The translations under genes were made by a program, and so were the position numbers. Below are positions 1 to 8,694 of a DNA stretch of 37,711 bases, in pieces (position 1 is the stretch's first letter; each line of letters opens with the position of its first letter). The stretch spans positions 2,343-40,053 of the forward strand of contig CAYRJT010000001.1 in the NCBI GenBank assembly GCA_964424675.1, read 5' to 3'. The notes under the pieces were generated by a model. It saw only the letters and a program-made list of their open reading frames with translations. It was not told the origin of the DNA and ran no database searches. This stretch comes from an uncultured Lachnospiraceae bacterium. GTDB lineage: Bacteria; Bacillota; Clostridia; Lachnospirales; Lachnospiraceae.

Positions 1-216
1 CTTCTCCCCATCCTCCTTTTCAGCGGCTTTGATGAGCCGGCCGGCGAGGTCGTCCTCATGCCATCGGGTCATGGTCAGGAGGATGCGGCTATCGGCCTCC
101 TCGAGCCGAGTATAGAGAGTGGTCGCGTACCATTCCCAGACCCGGGCCCGATAGGTCGGGCTCGCGGCCTCCTCCTGATTTTTTACCGGGTCATCGATGA
201 TCATGGCATTTCCCGT
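1..216 (-). pseudogene. Internal fragment of a phage terminase large subunit. It is open to the left window edge and fused in frame to the glutamine-synthetase fragment at 205-483.
   Basis: Minus-strand translation reads TGNAMIIDDPVKNQEEAASPTYRARVWEWYATTLYTRLEEADSRILLTMTRWHEDDLAGRLIKAAEKEDGEK. IIDDP and MTRWHEDDLAGRL are hallmark terminase large-subunit motifs. G+C is 114/180 in nt 1-180, well above the following sequence. Confidence 0.7.
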
Positions 217-483
217 CATGGACAAGGTCGGAATCTCACAAAACGGATCTACAAGTGCTGTATCCAGATCCGGAATAAAGACCATATCTGACTTCTGAAT
301 CTCTGCATAGCCATAATTTGATGCATCAAATCCGATTCCATCTGTCATGATGTCTTCTGTAAAGTGTACAGCCGGAATGGTAACATGGCGAAACTGTCCG
401 TCAATATCGACCATTTTGAAGTCCACCATTTCAATTTCCAGCTCCTGAATCATTTGCATAATATCCTGTACTGTCTTTCCCAT
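205..483 (-). pseudogene. glnA: Glutamine synthetase, N-terminal beta-grasp domain only (about 90 codons). ATG at 483-481.
   Basis: Translation MGKTVQDIMQMIQELEIEMVDFKMVDIDGQFRHVTIPAVHFTEDIMTDGIGFDASNYGYAEIQKSDMVFIPDLDTALVDPFCEIPTLSM matches the Gln-synt N-domain pattern (F.D..G..h..ip, FDgS, SDM...PD..T...DPF). AAGGAGG lies 10 nt upstream of the ATG. The catalytic domain is missing and is replaced in frame by terminase sequence. Confidence 0.65.
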
Positions 484-666
484 CGCGATACTGCCTCCTT
501 TTAATTGAATATTTCAATGTATTTCGCCTTTATCACTCAATTACTATCGTGTAAATTGTATTTTTAGAAATATACTTTTCTCTTCATTCATTATAAACTA
601 TATGTATATTAATTAGGAAGACCTAATCGTAAATTTGTGGTAATGATAAAAGGAGATGGAAAGGTC

Positions 667-1101
667 ATGACAAGAGAAGAAACGTTAAAAGAAATCAGAG
701 AAGCGCAGGATGCCGGTATGAGGTCATTAAGATGTCTTCAGGATGCACAAAAGCTGTTAAACAGTGCAGGAAACTGGGGACTGGTAGATATGTTTGGCGG
801 CAGCTTTTTATCAGGTCTGATGAAGCACTCGAAGATCAGCGATGCAAATCACCAGATGGAACAGGCCAAATATGAGGTACAGAGATTTCAGAAGGAATTG
901 CAGGATATCAATGTGCCGGGAAACTTTGGCGTTGGAGTAGGGGACTTCCTCACATTTGCGGATTTCTTCTTTGATGGGCTTATAGTCGACTGGATGGTAC
1001 AGTCGAAAATCAAAGAAGCCAAAAGACAGGTCGAAGATGCAATCAGAAAGATAGAGATTGTCCTACGTGATCTGGATAACTGGCAGAGGCAGCTTACCTG
1101 A
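667..1101 (+). CDS. Hypothetical protein, 144 aa (alternative GTG start at 637)
   Basis: ORF in the track. AGGAG at 651-655 precedes the ATG at 667. The predicted protein is helical and coiled-coil-like, and I recognise no family. Confidence 0.45.
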   Translation: MTREETLKEIREAQDAGMRSLRCLQDAQKLLNSAGNWGLVDMFGGSFLSGLMKHSKISDANHQMEQAKYEVQRFQKELQDINVPGNFGVGVGDFLTFADFFFDGLIVDWMVQSKIKEAKRQVEDAIRKIEIVLRDLDNWQRQLT

Positions 1102-1914
1102 TTTGGCTTTCACGAGCTCCTCATGGTAAAAGTAGTTGATGAAATTCAGTTCATGTTTTGTACAATAATCATTGATTTCGATGGCAAGGGCTTGCCAATA
1201 ACCCTTGTCATTTCTTTTATAGATGGAAGTGTACAAATCATTTAGCTCAGGATACTTCTCATTGATATAATCCAGAATCACCTGTTTATAGCTGCCACGC
1301 AGATTCAGGTTCTCGAACCAATATTCATCAATGAAGGAGTGAGATTCTTCTATGATGGCCTGATAATCCGTAATACCGGGAAATATAGGCGACATAAAGA
1401 GAACGGTGTGAATTCCATTTTCGTGTAAAGTACGCAGCGTCTGAAGCCTGTCTGCAATGGAACTGGCATGATCCATATCTTCACGGAACCCTTCATCCAT
1501 AGTATTGATGGACATAGAAACCTTAAGATTGCGACATTGCTTTAACAAATCTAAGTCACGGAGAATCAGCTTGGATTTTGTTGAAATTCCCAATTCACAA
1601 TCGATTGATGCCAGCTGTTTTAAAATAGCCTGTGTCAGACAATATTTTTCTTCATACCAGTTATAGCAGTCGGTAACAGAAGACAGAAATACAGATTTGC
1701 CTGTTAGTTTTGCTTTGTTAAGCGGCTTTTCACATATCTTTATATCAATAAAATCACCCCAGGGCTCTTGATGATGGGTAAATCGCTTCATGAAACTTGC
1801 ATAACAGTATTTACAACCGTGTGGACATCCCACATAGGGATTAATCACATAATCACTGGCCGGTAAATTGGATTTGGTTATATAGTCCTTGACATTGATC
1901 ATTTTCTCTTCCAT
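1063..1914 (-). CDS. Radical SAM protein of the SplB / DNA-photolyase-like type
   Basis: CPHGCKYCYA (CxxxCxxC) lies near the N-terminus after YVINPYVG. GGAGG lies 12 nt upstream of the ATG at 1914-1912. That ATG shares one base with the TAA stop (1916-1914) of the upstream gene. Confidence 0.8.
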   Translation of the reverse strand: MEEKMINVKDYITKSNLPASDYVINPYVGCPHGCKYCYASFMKRFTHHQEPWGDFIDIKICEKPLNKAKLTGKSVFLSSVTDCYNWYEEKYCLTQAILKQLASIDCELGISTKSKLILRDLDLLKQCRNLKVSMSINTMDEGFREDMDHASSIADRLQTLRTLHENGIHTVLFMSPIFPGITDYQAIIEESHSFIDEYWFENLNLRGSYKQVILDYINEKYPELNDLYTSIYKRNDKGYWQALAIEINDYCTKHELNFINYFYHEELVKAKSGKLPLPVIQIT

Positions 1915-2531
1915 TAAATCAGGACGCCTCCGTGGTAGTAGCATTCATATACTTTCGTATTCTGACAGAAAATTTCCTCGTAACCTTGAAACCATTGTAT
2001 ATCACCAATCATCTTCGTTTTATATGTATATTCACCCGATTGATAGAATTCCGGTCCACGGCAGGGGTATTCCGGTGTTGCATGACAAAGAGCTTCTTTC
2101 AGAAAATTTGTATTGCCCAGTTCCTTTAAAAGCCGACCAAAATAATTCATAGAATAAATGGCTGTTCCGGCTTTCCATACAGCTTCTTCACCGGAAAACT
2201 TAGCCCCACCCAGCCAAGAATCATAATACAGATAATCGTCCTTCTCGTATTGATAGTCAAAAGAGCCGGGGCGCGAGGAAGTACAACAATCAGCATATCC
2301 AGCATATGTATTTTTAATTGCCTCCATTCGAAATGCAGTCAGCTCCTGTATTTGCAAATCTGCGGTCGCATTTACCTGAGGACTGCACTCATTGTTTTTG
2401 ACAAGATAATCAATTGTGATATGAAAAAGTTCACTTAGCTGAATTAGATTCATAATATCCGGATAAGCAATTCCATTCTCCCATTTTGCAATAGCCTGTC
2501 TGGAAACATCCTTATCATAACAGAATGAAAG
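1914..2531 (-). pseudogene. 5'-truncated XRE-type HTH plus DUF5680-like domain gene
   Basis: The reading frame opens just after a TGA at 2534-2532 and reads LSFCYDKDVSRQAIAKWENGIAYPDIMNLIQLSELFHITIDYLV. This is only the recognition helix and C-terminal part of an XRE HTH. Helices 1-2 are absent and there is no start codon before the internal M at 2453. The C-terminal 130 aa resemble the DUF5680 domain fused to such regulators. Confidence 0.55.
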
Positions 2532-2608
2532 TCATAAAAGAAGTCATGACTGGTTGCAAAAAAGAGATTTATAGTTGCATTTCTTAATAAACTTGAATTA
2601 TATTGAAG

Positions 2609-2693
2609 TATAGTGTATTATAGTGATTGGATACAATTATAGTGAATTATAGTATATTATACTAAATTCCAAAAAATATATTATTTTATAGTG
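2609..2693. repeat. Five direct copies of TATAGTG/TATAGTA (iteron- or operator-like) in the AT-rich leader of the ATPase gene
   Basis: Copies start at 2609, 2619, 2638, 2648 (TATAGTA) and 2687. Start-to-start spacings are 10, 19, 10 and 39 nt, which is close to helical phasing. Confidence 0.6.
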
Positions 2694-2713
2694 TATATAA
2701 GGAGGCAACGAAG

Positions 2714-3769
2714 ATGTCTGATCGAAATCCATATGCAATCAGTTTTGGAAGAATACCTACTCAATATATCAGTAGAACCATCTTAATTGATAGTATAATA
2801 GAGACACTGGAAAGTGATATTGTTGACGAACAGGCTTTCAAGTTGACAGGAATAAGAGGAACAGGAAAAACTGTTACCTTGACTGCAATTGAGAAAATAA
2901 TGAAGGAAAATGATGATTGGATTGTTATTGGACTTAAGTCTAATGCAAATATTACGGAAGATTTAATTGCTAATCTTTACAATGCAGTTCCTTTATTAAC
3001 ATCATTTATTGATACTCAACTAAATTTGTCTAAGTTTGGAATCGGAATCAACATAAGTAATAAAAGTCCTGTTGCAAGTTTAGATTATGCTTTGAAGTGT
3101 ATTTTATCAGAACTTAAAAGGAAGAATAAGCGTGTTCTCGTAACAATAGATGAAGCAAGGAAAACTGCTTCGCTGGTTGATTTTATTCAAGAATTTCAGA
3201 TTTTGATTAGAGAAGATCTGCCAATCTATATAATAGCAGCAGGATTGTATGAAGATATTGAAAGCCTGGAAAATGCAGAAGGACTAACCTTCTTTTTGCG
3301 AGCGACGAAATATGAGATGACACCACTTAATATTACGATGATTCGTAGTGATTATGAGAAAACGCTGAGAGTAAGTCATGAAGTTGCCGAGGAAATGGCA
3401 TATCTAACTATGGGATATCCATTTGCATATCAGGCACTCGGGAAATACATGTGGGACACAAAAGCAGATTACGTTAGTGAGGAAGTTCTTTTATTGGTGG
3501 ATGAGGCACTGTCTGAAAAAGTATATAATAAGATATGGAGTGAACTTGCTACCAGAGATAAGTGGTTTTTACAATTTATTGTTCGAAAAGAAACCATGCA
3601 GGCCAGCGAATTATTGGAGATAACACATAAGAAACATAATGAATGGTCAGAACCAAGAAAAAGACTAAGTGAAAAAGGAATTATTGATGTAAAAACAAGA
3701 GGACATATTTTTGTAAAACTACCTCGATTTCGAGAGTATGTTGAGAGACAGATGCAGTATCCATCTTGA
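2714..3769 (+). CDS. P-loop ATPase (archaeal-ATPase / ORC-Cdc6-like AAA fold) with a probable C-terminal winged-helix domain
   Basis: Walker A is GIRGTGKTVTL and Walker B is RVLVTIDEA. AAGGAGG at 2699-2705 lies 8 nt before the ATG. The gene is visibly more AT-rich than its neighbours. Confidence 0.7.
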   Translation: MSDRNPYAISFGRIPTQYISRTILIDSIIETLESDIVDEQAFKLTGIRGTGKTVTLTAIEKIMKENDDWIVIGLKSNANITEDLIANLYNAVPLLTSFIDTQLNLSKFGIGINISNKSPVASLDYALKCILSELKRKNKRVLVTIDEARKTASLVDFIQEFQILIREDLPIYIIAAGLYEDIESLENAEGLTFFLRATKYEMTPLNITMIRSDYEKTLRVSHEVAEEMAYLTMGYPFAYQALGKYMWDTKADYVSEEVLLLVDEALSEKVYNKIWSELATRDKWFLQFIVRKETMQASELLEITHKKHNEWSEPRKRLSEKGIIDVKTRGHIFVKLPRFREYVERQMQYPS

Positions 3770-3868
3770 TTCGGATAGTTGGCAAGGGTTACCAATGCAG
3801 AACGATATGAAAGAGATTCAGAAGGAAGTAGACATAAAATAGAATTTATTTCTAAACCGGAGGAGATT

Positions 3869-4159
3869 ATGATGCTTAGATATGTACACACAAATATTGT
3901 AGCAAAGGATGCGAAGAAGTTAGTTGAATTTTATAAGAAGGTATTCGACTGCAGAAGCATCGGTGAGACAAGAGATATCAGCGGAGAATGGCTTGATCAG
4001 ATGACCGGTGTCAAGACCTCCCATATCACAGGAGAACATATCTGCCTGCCCGGTTACGGTGAACTCGTTAAGACAGAATACTCCGACGGCCGAAAAGCAG
4101 TCTTCGTATACGCTGCTGATCCCGAAGGGAATATTATTGAGATTCAGAGCTGGTCATAA
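3869..4159 (+). CDS. VOC (glyoxalase/bleomycin-resistance fold) family protein, unusually short at 96 aa
   Basis: The ends MMLRYVHTNIVAKDAKKLVEFYKKVF...LPGYGE and VFVYAADPEGNIIEIQSW are typical VOC termini. GGAGGAG lies just upstream. The ORF-track start at 3779 has no RBS. Confidence 0.6.
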   Translation: MMLRYVHTNIVAKDAKKLVEFYKKVFDCRSIGETRDISGEWLDQMTGVKTSHITGEHICLPGYGELVKTEYSDGRKAVFVYAADPEGNIIEIQSWS

Positions 4160-4292
4160 ACAGTAGATGCAAAACAGAATCATGTAATTACTAAGTCGGT
4201 GAATCAGGGGAAAATATGAGCAAAAGGAAAAAGAGATACAGTATTTCAGCTGTCTGATGACGTCCGTTAGTCATTTCCCTAACAATAGCATT

Positions 4293-5222
4293 CTACCCGA
4301 TTCGAGTCCCGGTCTTCCCATTGATACCGTCCTTGGCCTTTTCAAGCAAGGTAATGAGTGCAGTACGTCCGGACTTACTGGAGGCAAATTCAACACAGGC
4401 CTCCACCTTCGGGAGCATAGAGCCGGGAGCAAATTCTCCGGCTTTGATGTATTCCTTTGCTTCCTCAACCGTCATATGATCCAGTAATTTCTCATCCGTC
4501 TTGCGAAAATGAATCGCCACCTTCTCAACTGCAGTCAAAATAATCAGCATATCCGCATCCAGATCCTGCGCCATTCTGGCACTGCAGAAATCCTTATCAA
4601 TCACAGCACTGGCACCCTTCAGATGATTTCCCTGTCTGACAACAGGAATACCGCCACCGCCAGCCGCAATCACAACATCCCCGGCATTCACCAACGTCCG
4701 AATCGCATCAATTTCAACAATCTCAATCGGACGCGGAGAAGCAACCACACGCCGGTAACCCCTTCCCGAATCCTCTATCATCATATGACCATACTCCTTC
4801 GCAGCATAATCAGCCTGCTCCTTTGTCATAAAATGCCCCACAGGCTTCGTCGGATGCTCAAAAGCAGGATCATTTTCATCCACTCTGACCTGTGTAATCA
4901 TAGTCGTCACAGGCTTATTCAGCCCACGATTTTTCAACTCCTCACGCAGCGCATTCTGCAGATCATACCCAATATACGCCTGACTCATGGCAACACAAAC
5001 AGAAAGCGGTGTATTCGGCTGAGTCACATCCTCACGAGACAAAGCCGCCATCGCATTATTAATCATACCAACCTGCGGCCCATTCCCATGAGAAATAATC
5101 ACCTCATGCCCCTCCTCAATCAAATCCACAATTGATCTGGAGGTAATCTTAGCCGCCGTCATCTGCTCCGGAAGCGTATTTCCAAGCGCATTCCCCCCAA
5201 GCGCAATCACAATCCTACTCAT
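4293..5222 (-). CDS. arcC: Carbamate kinase (E. coli YqeA/ArcC type)
   Basis: MSRIVIALGGNALG start, HGNGPQVG, 309 aa. GGAGGG RBS. It is the last gene of the ygeY-ygeW operon. Confidence 0.9.
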   Translation of the reverse strand: MSRIVIALGGNALGNTLPEQMTAAKITSRSIVDLIEEGHEVIISHGNGPQVGMINNAMAALSREDVTQPNTPLSVCVAMSQAYIGYDLQNALREELKNRGLNKPVTTMITQVRVDENDPAFEHPTKPVGHFMTKEQADYAAKEYGHMMIEDSGRGYRRVVASPRPIEIVEIDAIRTLVNAGDVVIAAGGGGIPVVRQGNHLKGASAVIDKDFCSARMAQDLDADMLIILTAVEKVAIHFRKTDEKLLDHMTVEEAKEYIKAGEFAPGSMLPKVEACVEFASSKSGRTALITLLEKAKDGINGKTGTRIG

Positions 5223-5339
5223 ACAAAACCCTCCATAAGCACATTCCCTAACACATATCCACTAAAGTGCAATTATAACCCTATTCACACACAGTCCTTC
5301 CATAAGCAAAGCCTTCCCGGTCGTCCCAGAACCACCCCT

Positions 5340-6530
5340 TTATCTCTTCCGAGGCTTAGCTTCATCCTCCAACCTCTTAAGCAGCCCCGCCGGATCCTCA
5401 AACTTAGCCAGGAAAATCATAGCCGCAATCACATAAGGCTTAAAACTAGCCTGCTTATAAAGCGGGGTACGATACCGGTCAAACACAGACCCGTCAACCT
5501 CACCTTCCTCACAGCTGACCCCTGAAATATCAGCCGGTAAACAATGCAGATAAAGCGCCTTACCGTCCTTCGTAGACTTCATTAACTCCTCAGAACAAGT
5601 CCAGTCCTTATGCGTTGCATTCTGAGCAAGCAGTTCCTTCTCCAGCTTGTTAATACCATCAAAATCACCCTTACCATACAGATTCGTACGCTTCTCCATA
5701 GCAGCAAACGGAGCCCAGCTCTTCGGATACACAATATCCGCATCCTGAAAGGCCTCCGCCATATGATTTGTCTTTGTAAAGGAACCACCCGTAGCTGCCG
5801 CATTCTTTCTGGCAACCTCTTCACATTCCGGCATAATCTCATACCCTTCCGGATGAGCCAGTACGACATCCATACCAAAACGCGTCATCAGACCAATGAC
5901 ACCCTGCGGAACAGATAACGGCTTTCCATAAGAAGGAGAATAAGCCCAGGACATGGCGACCTTCTTACCCTTCAGATTCTCCACACCGCCAAATTCATGA
6001 ATGACATGCAGCATATCCGCCATACACTGCGTAGGGTGGTCAATATCACACTGCAGGTTCACAAGCGTCGGAATCTGCTCCAATACACCATCCTGATAAC
6101 CCTCACGAACCGCATTGGATACATTGTGCATATAAGCATTACCCTTACCAATATACATATCATCCCGGATACCAATGACGTCTGCCATAAAGGAAATCAT
6201 ATTGGCTGTCTCACGCACCGTCTCGCCATGTGCAATCTGAGACTTTCCTTCATCCAGATCCTGCACCTCGAGGCCCAGCAGATTACATGCCGATGCAAAT
6301 GAAAAACGCGTTCTTGTAGAATTGTCACGGAACAGGGAAATACCAAGTCCGCTTTCAAAAACCTTGGTGGAAATATTGTTCTTTCTCATATAACGCAGAG
6401 CGTCTGCAACTGTGAACACGGCCTCCAGTTCATCATCCGTCTTCTCCCAGGTCAGAAAAAAATCATTTTGATACATCTCTTTGAAATTCAGTTTGTTCAG
6501 TTTATCGATATACATCTGTAATGTTTCCAT
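5340..6530 (-). CDS. ygeW: YgeW-type (knotted) carbamoyltransferase
   Basis: 396 aa, the same length as E. coli YgeW. It is recognisably collinear with YgeW: FRDNSTRTRFSF, DEGKSQIAHGETVRETANMISF, NLQCDIDHPTQCMAD, WAYSPSYGKPLSVPQG, HCLPADISGVSC. An AGGAG RBS sits in the 12-nt gap after the ygeY stop. Confidence 0.9.
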   Translation of the reverse strand: METLQMYIDKLNKLNFKEMYQNDFFLTWEKTDDELEAVFTVADALRYMRKNNISTKVFESGLGISLFRDNSTRTRFSFASACNLLGLEVQDLDEGKSQIAHGETVRETANMISFMADVIGIRDDMYIGKGNAYMHNVSNAVREGYQDGVLEQIPTLVNLQCDIDHPTQCMADMLHVIHEFGGVENLKGKKVAMSWAYSPSYGKPLSVPQGVIGLMTRFGMDVVLAHPEGYEIMPECEEVARKNAAATGGSFTKTNHMAEAFQDADIVYPKSWAPFAAMEKRTNLYGKGDFDGINKLEKELLAQNATHKDWTCSEELMKSTKDGKALYLHCLPADISGVSCEEGEVDGSVFDRYRTPLYKQASFKPYVIAAMIFLAKFEDPAGLLKRLEDEAKPRKR

Positions 6531-6542
6531 ATGTGTTCTCCT

Positions 6543-7736
6543 TTATTTGCAATACAATGTCGGCATAGCAGCATAAACAGCAGCGCATCTTACGAGGTCT
6601 TCTTTCCAGGTACGTTCATTTGGTGCATGTGCCTGTGCTTCCTTGCCGGGGCCAAAGCCAATACAAGGAATCCCGAAACGTCCCATAATCGAAACACCAT
6701 TGGTAGAGAAGGTCCACTTATCAACGACCGGTTCCCCATACATACCCTGATAGGATTCTACCATAGCCTTGGTAGCCGGATGGTCAGAAGGGATGACCCA
6801 AGTCGGGAAGTAGCAGTCTGTCGGATAAACTAGACCGGTATAGCTTGGACGGTCATATTTGTACATAGATACCTCGGCCTGATATTTCTGAACCGTAGGT
6901 AAATTACGGATTTCCTGCAGAGCAGATTCATATGTCTCGCCGTCAGTCAGTCGTCTGTCAATTGAGATGGCACACATATCAGCAACTGCACAGCGTGAAG
7001 GAGAAGTGAAGAAGATCTCAGACACAGCCAGCGTACCCTTGCCCAGAAATGCATTGTCGAGCAGCTTATCATTTAGTGCACGTACCTCCTGTAAAATGTC
7101 ACCCATCTTATAAATTGCATTGTCGCCACGCTCCGGTGCAGAACCGTGACAGGAAACACCCTGTACCTCCACACGGATTTCCATACGTCCGCGCTGTCCG
7201 CGATAGATATGTCCGTCGGTAGGCTCTGTAATCACTACAAATTCCGGCTTTACCTTGTCTTCATTGATGATGTACTGCCAGCAGAGACCGTCACAATCCT
7301 CCTCTTGAACCGTACCGGTTACTAAAACCGTATATTTGTCAGAGAGAAGACCGAGATCTTTCATAATCTTAGCTCCATAGACGGAGGAAACAAGACCACC
7401 AAGCTGATCAGAGGTACCACGTCCGCCGATTTCAGTCTCTGTCTCATAACCCTCATACGGATCAAACTCCCAGTTGGAGCGGTTGCCGATGCCGACATTG
7501 TCAATGTGCGCATCATAGGCAATCAGCGTAGAGCCGGTTCCCATATATCCAAGTACATTGCCCATCGGATCGATTTCTACTTTATCAAACCCAACCTTTC
7601 TCATTTCTTCAGCAATTCTGTCAATGTGTCCTTTTTCTTCACAGCTTTCCCCCGGAATGCGAACGAGGTCTCGCAAGAACTTTGTCATATCCTGCTCGTA
7701 TTGTTCAGCCGCTGCTTTGATTTTGGTAAAATCCAT
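6543..7736 (-). CDS. ygeY: YgeY-type M20 peptidase/deacylase (selenium-metabolism-linked hydrolase family)
   Basis: Collinear with E. coli YgeY: [92 protein letters not shown] lies 7 nt before the ATG at 7736. The track start at 7787 has no RBS. Confidence 0.9.
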   Translation of the reverse strand: MDFTKIKAAAEQYEQDMTKFLRDLVRIPGESCEEKGHIDRIAEEMRKVGFDKVEIDPMGNVLGYMGTGSTLIAYDAHIDNVGIGNRSNWEFDPYEGYETETEIGGRGTSDQLGGLVSSVYGAKIMKDLGLLSDKYTVLVTGTVQEEDCDGLCWQYIINEDKVKPEFVVITEPTDGHIYRGQRGRMEIRVEVQGVSCHGSAPERGDNAIYKMGDILQEVRALNDKLLDNAFLGKGTLAVSEIFFTSPSRCAVADMCAISIDRRLTDGETYESALQEIRNLPTVQKYQAEVSMYKYDRPSYTGLVYPTDCYFPTWVIPSDHPATKAMVESYQGMYGEPVVDKWTFSTNGVSIMGRFGIPCIGFGPGKEAQAHAPNERTWKEDLVRCAAVYAAMPTLYCK

Positions 7737-7823
7737 ATGTATTCCTCCTCTTTGATTATTGACCGTTTTTACAAGTTTGATTTTCATAACCGATCAATCA
7801 TACCTTATTTGGTTCATTACATT

Positions 7824-8513
7824 TTACTTGTTTATATCAACATAACTATACAAAGTATATTTGGATATATTAAAATACTTCGATACCTTATCGCCGGATT
7901 TGGTAATCAAAAAGGCTCCGGCATCATTTAAGAAATTGATTGCTCTGATTTTATCCTCCTTCGACATCAATGCCACCGGAACACCAATCAGATCTACAGA
8001 CTGCTTAATCAATTCATCCAGCAGTTCATTGACATCCTTCGTGATGCGGCTGGGCGCTTCCTTCTTCTCCTCATCCTCGGGACAGGAAATCAGAGAAGAA
8101 ATCGACCGGTCAATGGCAAGCAGATTCGTAATGTCATAATTGATGGCAAGAATATAACGAACGGCACCGGTCTCATCCTGAATGAAGAGCGTACTGGATT
8201 TGAGAATTCTGCCACTGTCGGTCTGTGTCAGGTATGCCAGCCGGTCAACAGGATGCTCGGTGTGATGGGAAATTGTATCCAGAACAATCGGAGACGGCCC
8301 GCCACCGACTTCCCGGTTACTGATGTGTCCGTTTTCAATATGTACAATGGAATGATCCATATTGGCAAGTGCCAGATCATGAATCACAACCTCACAATTA
8401 TTTCCGAACTGTGCCGCCAGTCCTACGGCTAATTGCTTTAATATTGTCAAGGTAGCAGCTTCATTATCCAAAAAATCATCTCCCTTAATTACGAAATTAT
8501 CATTTTGCGTCAT
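7824..8513 (-). CDS. YheO/DauR-like transcriptional regulator (PAS-like sensor domain plus C-terminal HTH)
   Basis: The C-terminal part DKIRAINFLNDAGAFLITKSGDKVSKYFNISKYTLYSY is the YheO-type HTH. The N-terminal 130 aa resemble the YheO PAS-like domain. It lies 87 nt upstream of ygeY on the same strand. Confidence 0.7.
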   Translation of the reverse strand: MTQNDNFVIKGDDFLDNEAATLTILKQLAVGLAAQFGNNCEVVIHDLALANMDHSIVHIENGHISNREVGGGPSPIVLDTISHHTEHPVDRLAYLTQTDSGRILKSSTLFIQDETGAVRYILAINYDITNLLAIDRSISSLISCPEDEEKKEAPSRITKDVNELLDELIKQSVDLIGVPVALMSKEDKIRAINFLNDAGAFLITKSGDKVSKYFNISKYTLYSYVDINK

Positions 8514-8543
8514 TTATCCGTAAATGAGCAGTTTCTACTTATT

Positions 8544-8571
8544 ATCATAGCATAGTAAAGGAGAATTGCAA
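8544..8571 (-). promoter_or_regulatory. Candidate sigma-A promoter of the YheO-like regulator: TTGCAA, 16-nt spacer, TATGAT
   Basis: On the minus strand the -35 TTGCAA corresponds to 8566-8571 and the -10 TATGAT to 8544-8549. Confidence 0.45.
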
Positions 8572-8620
8572 GACAAATTACAAAAAGATTTAGCACTAAA
8601 AAATATTTTTATTCTATTCA

Positions 8621-8649
8621 TTGCAATTTCATATAGTGGGTGATATGAT
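8621..8649 (+). promoter_or_regulatory. Candidate sigma-A promoter of the 491-aa PLP enzyme gene: TTGCAA, 17-nt spacer, TATGAT
   Basis: The -35 is at 8621-8626 and the -10 at 8644-8649. The -10 lies 45 nt upstream of the ATG at 8695. An AGGAGG RBS is present. Confidence 0.5.
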
Positions 8650-8694
8650 GAAATTGTATAAAATCATGAAGTCGAATATCAGGAGGTATGGAAC

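Noticed and set aside
484-636. GlnR/TnrA box (TGTNAN7TNACA) or another nitrogen-control element upstream of the glnA fragment.
   Set aside because: The best candidate (around TCTAAAAATACAATTTACA on the minus strand) fails the left half-site. Only a short 6-3-6 palindrome, ATTGAATATTTCAAT, sits next to the RBS, which is not enough to call.
2562-3818. The 8-nt direct repeat AAGAGATT at 2562-2569 and 3811-3818 as a possible target-site duplication flanking the AT-rich island.
   Set aside because: An 8-mer of this composition is expected by chance within 1.3 kb of AT-rich DNA. The copies do not sit at clearly defined island ends.
4509-5135. A 208-aa plus-strand ORF. Similar antisense ORFs occur at 5610-5918, 5997-6302, 24647-25132 and 25173-25802.
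   Set aside because: All of them lie fully inside confidently identified genes on the opposite strand (carbamate kinase, ygeW, XdhC-like, modB). They have skewed low-complexity compositions and no ribosome-binding sites.
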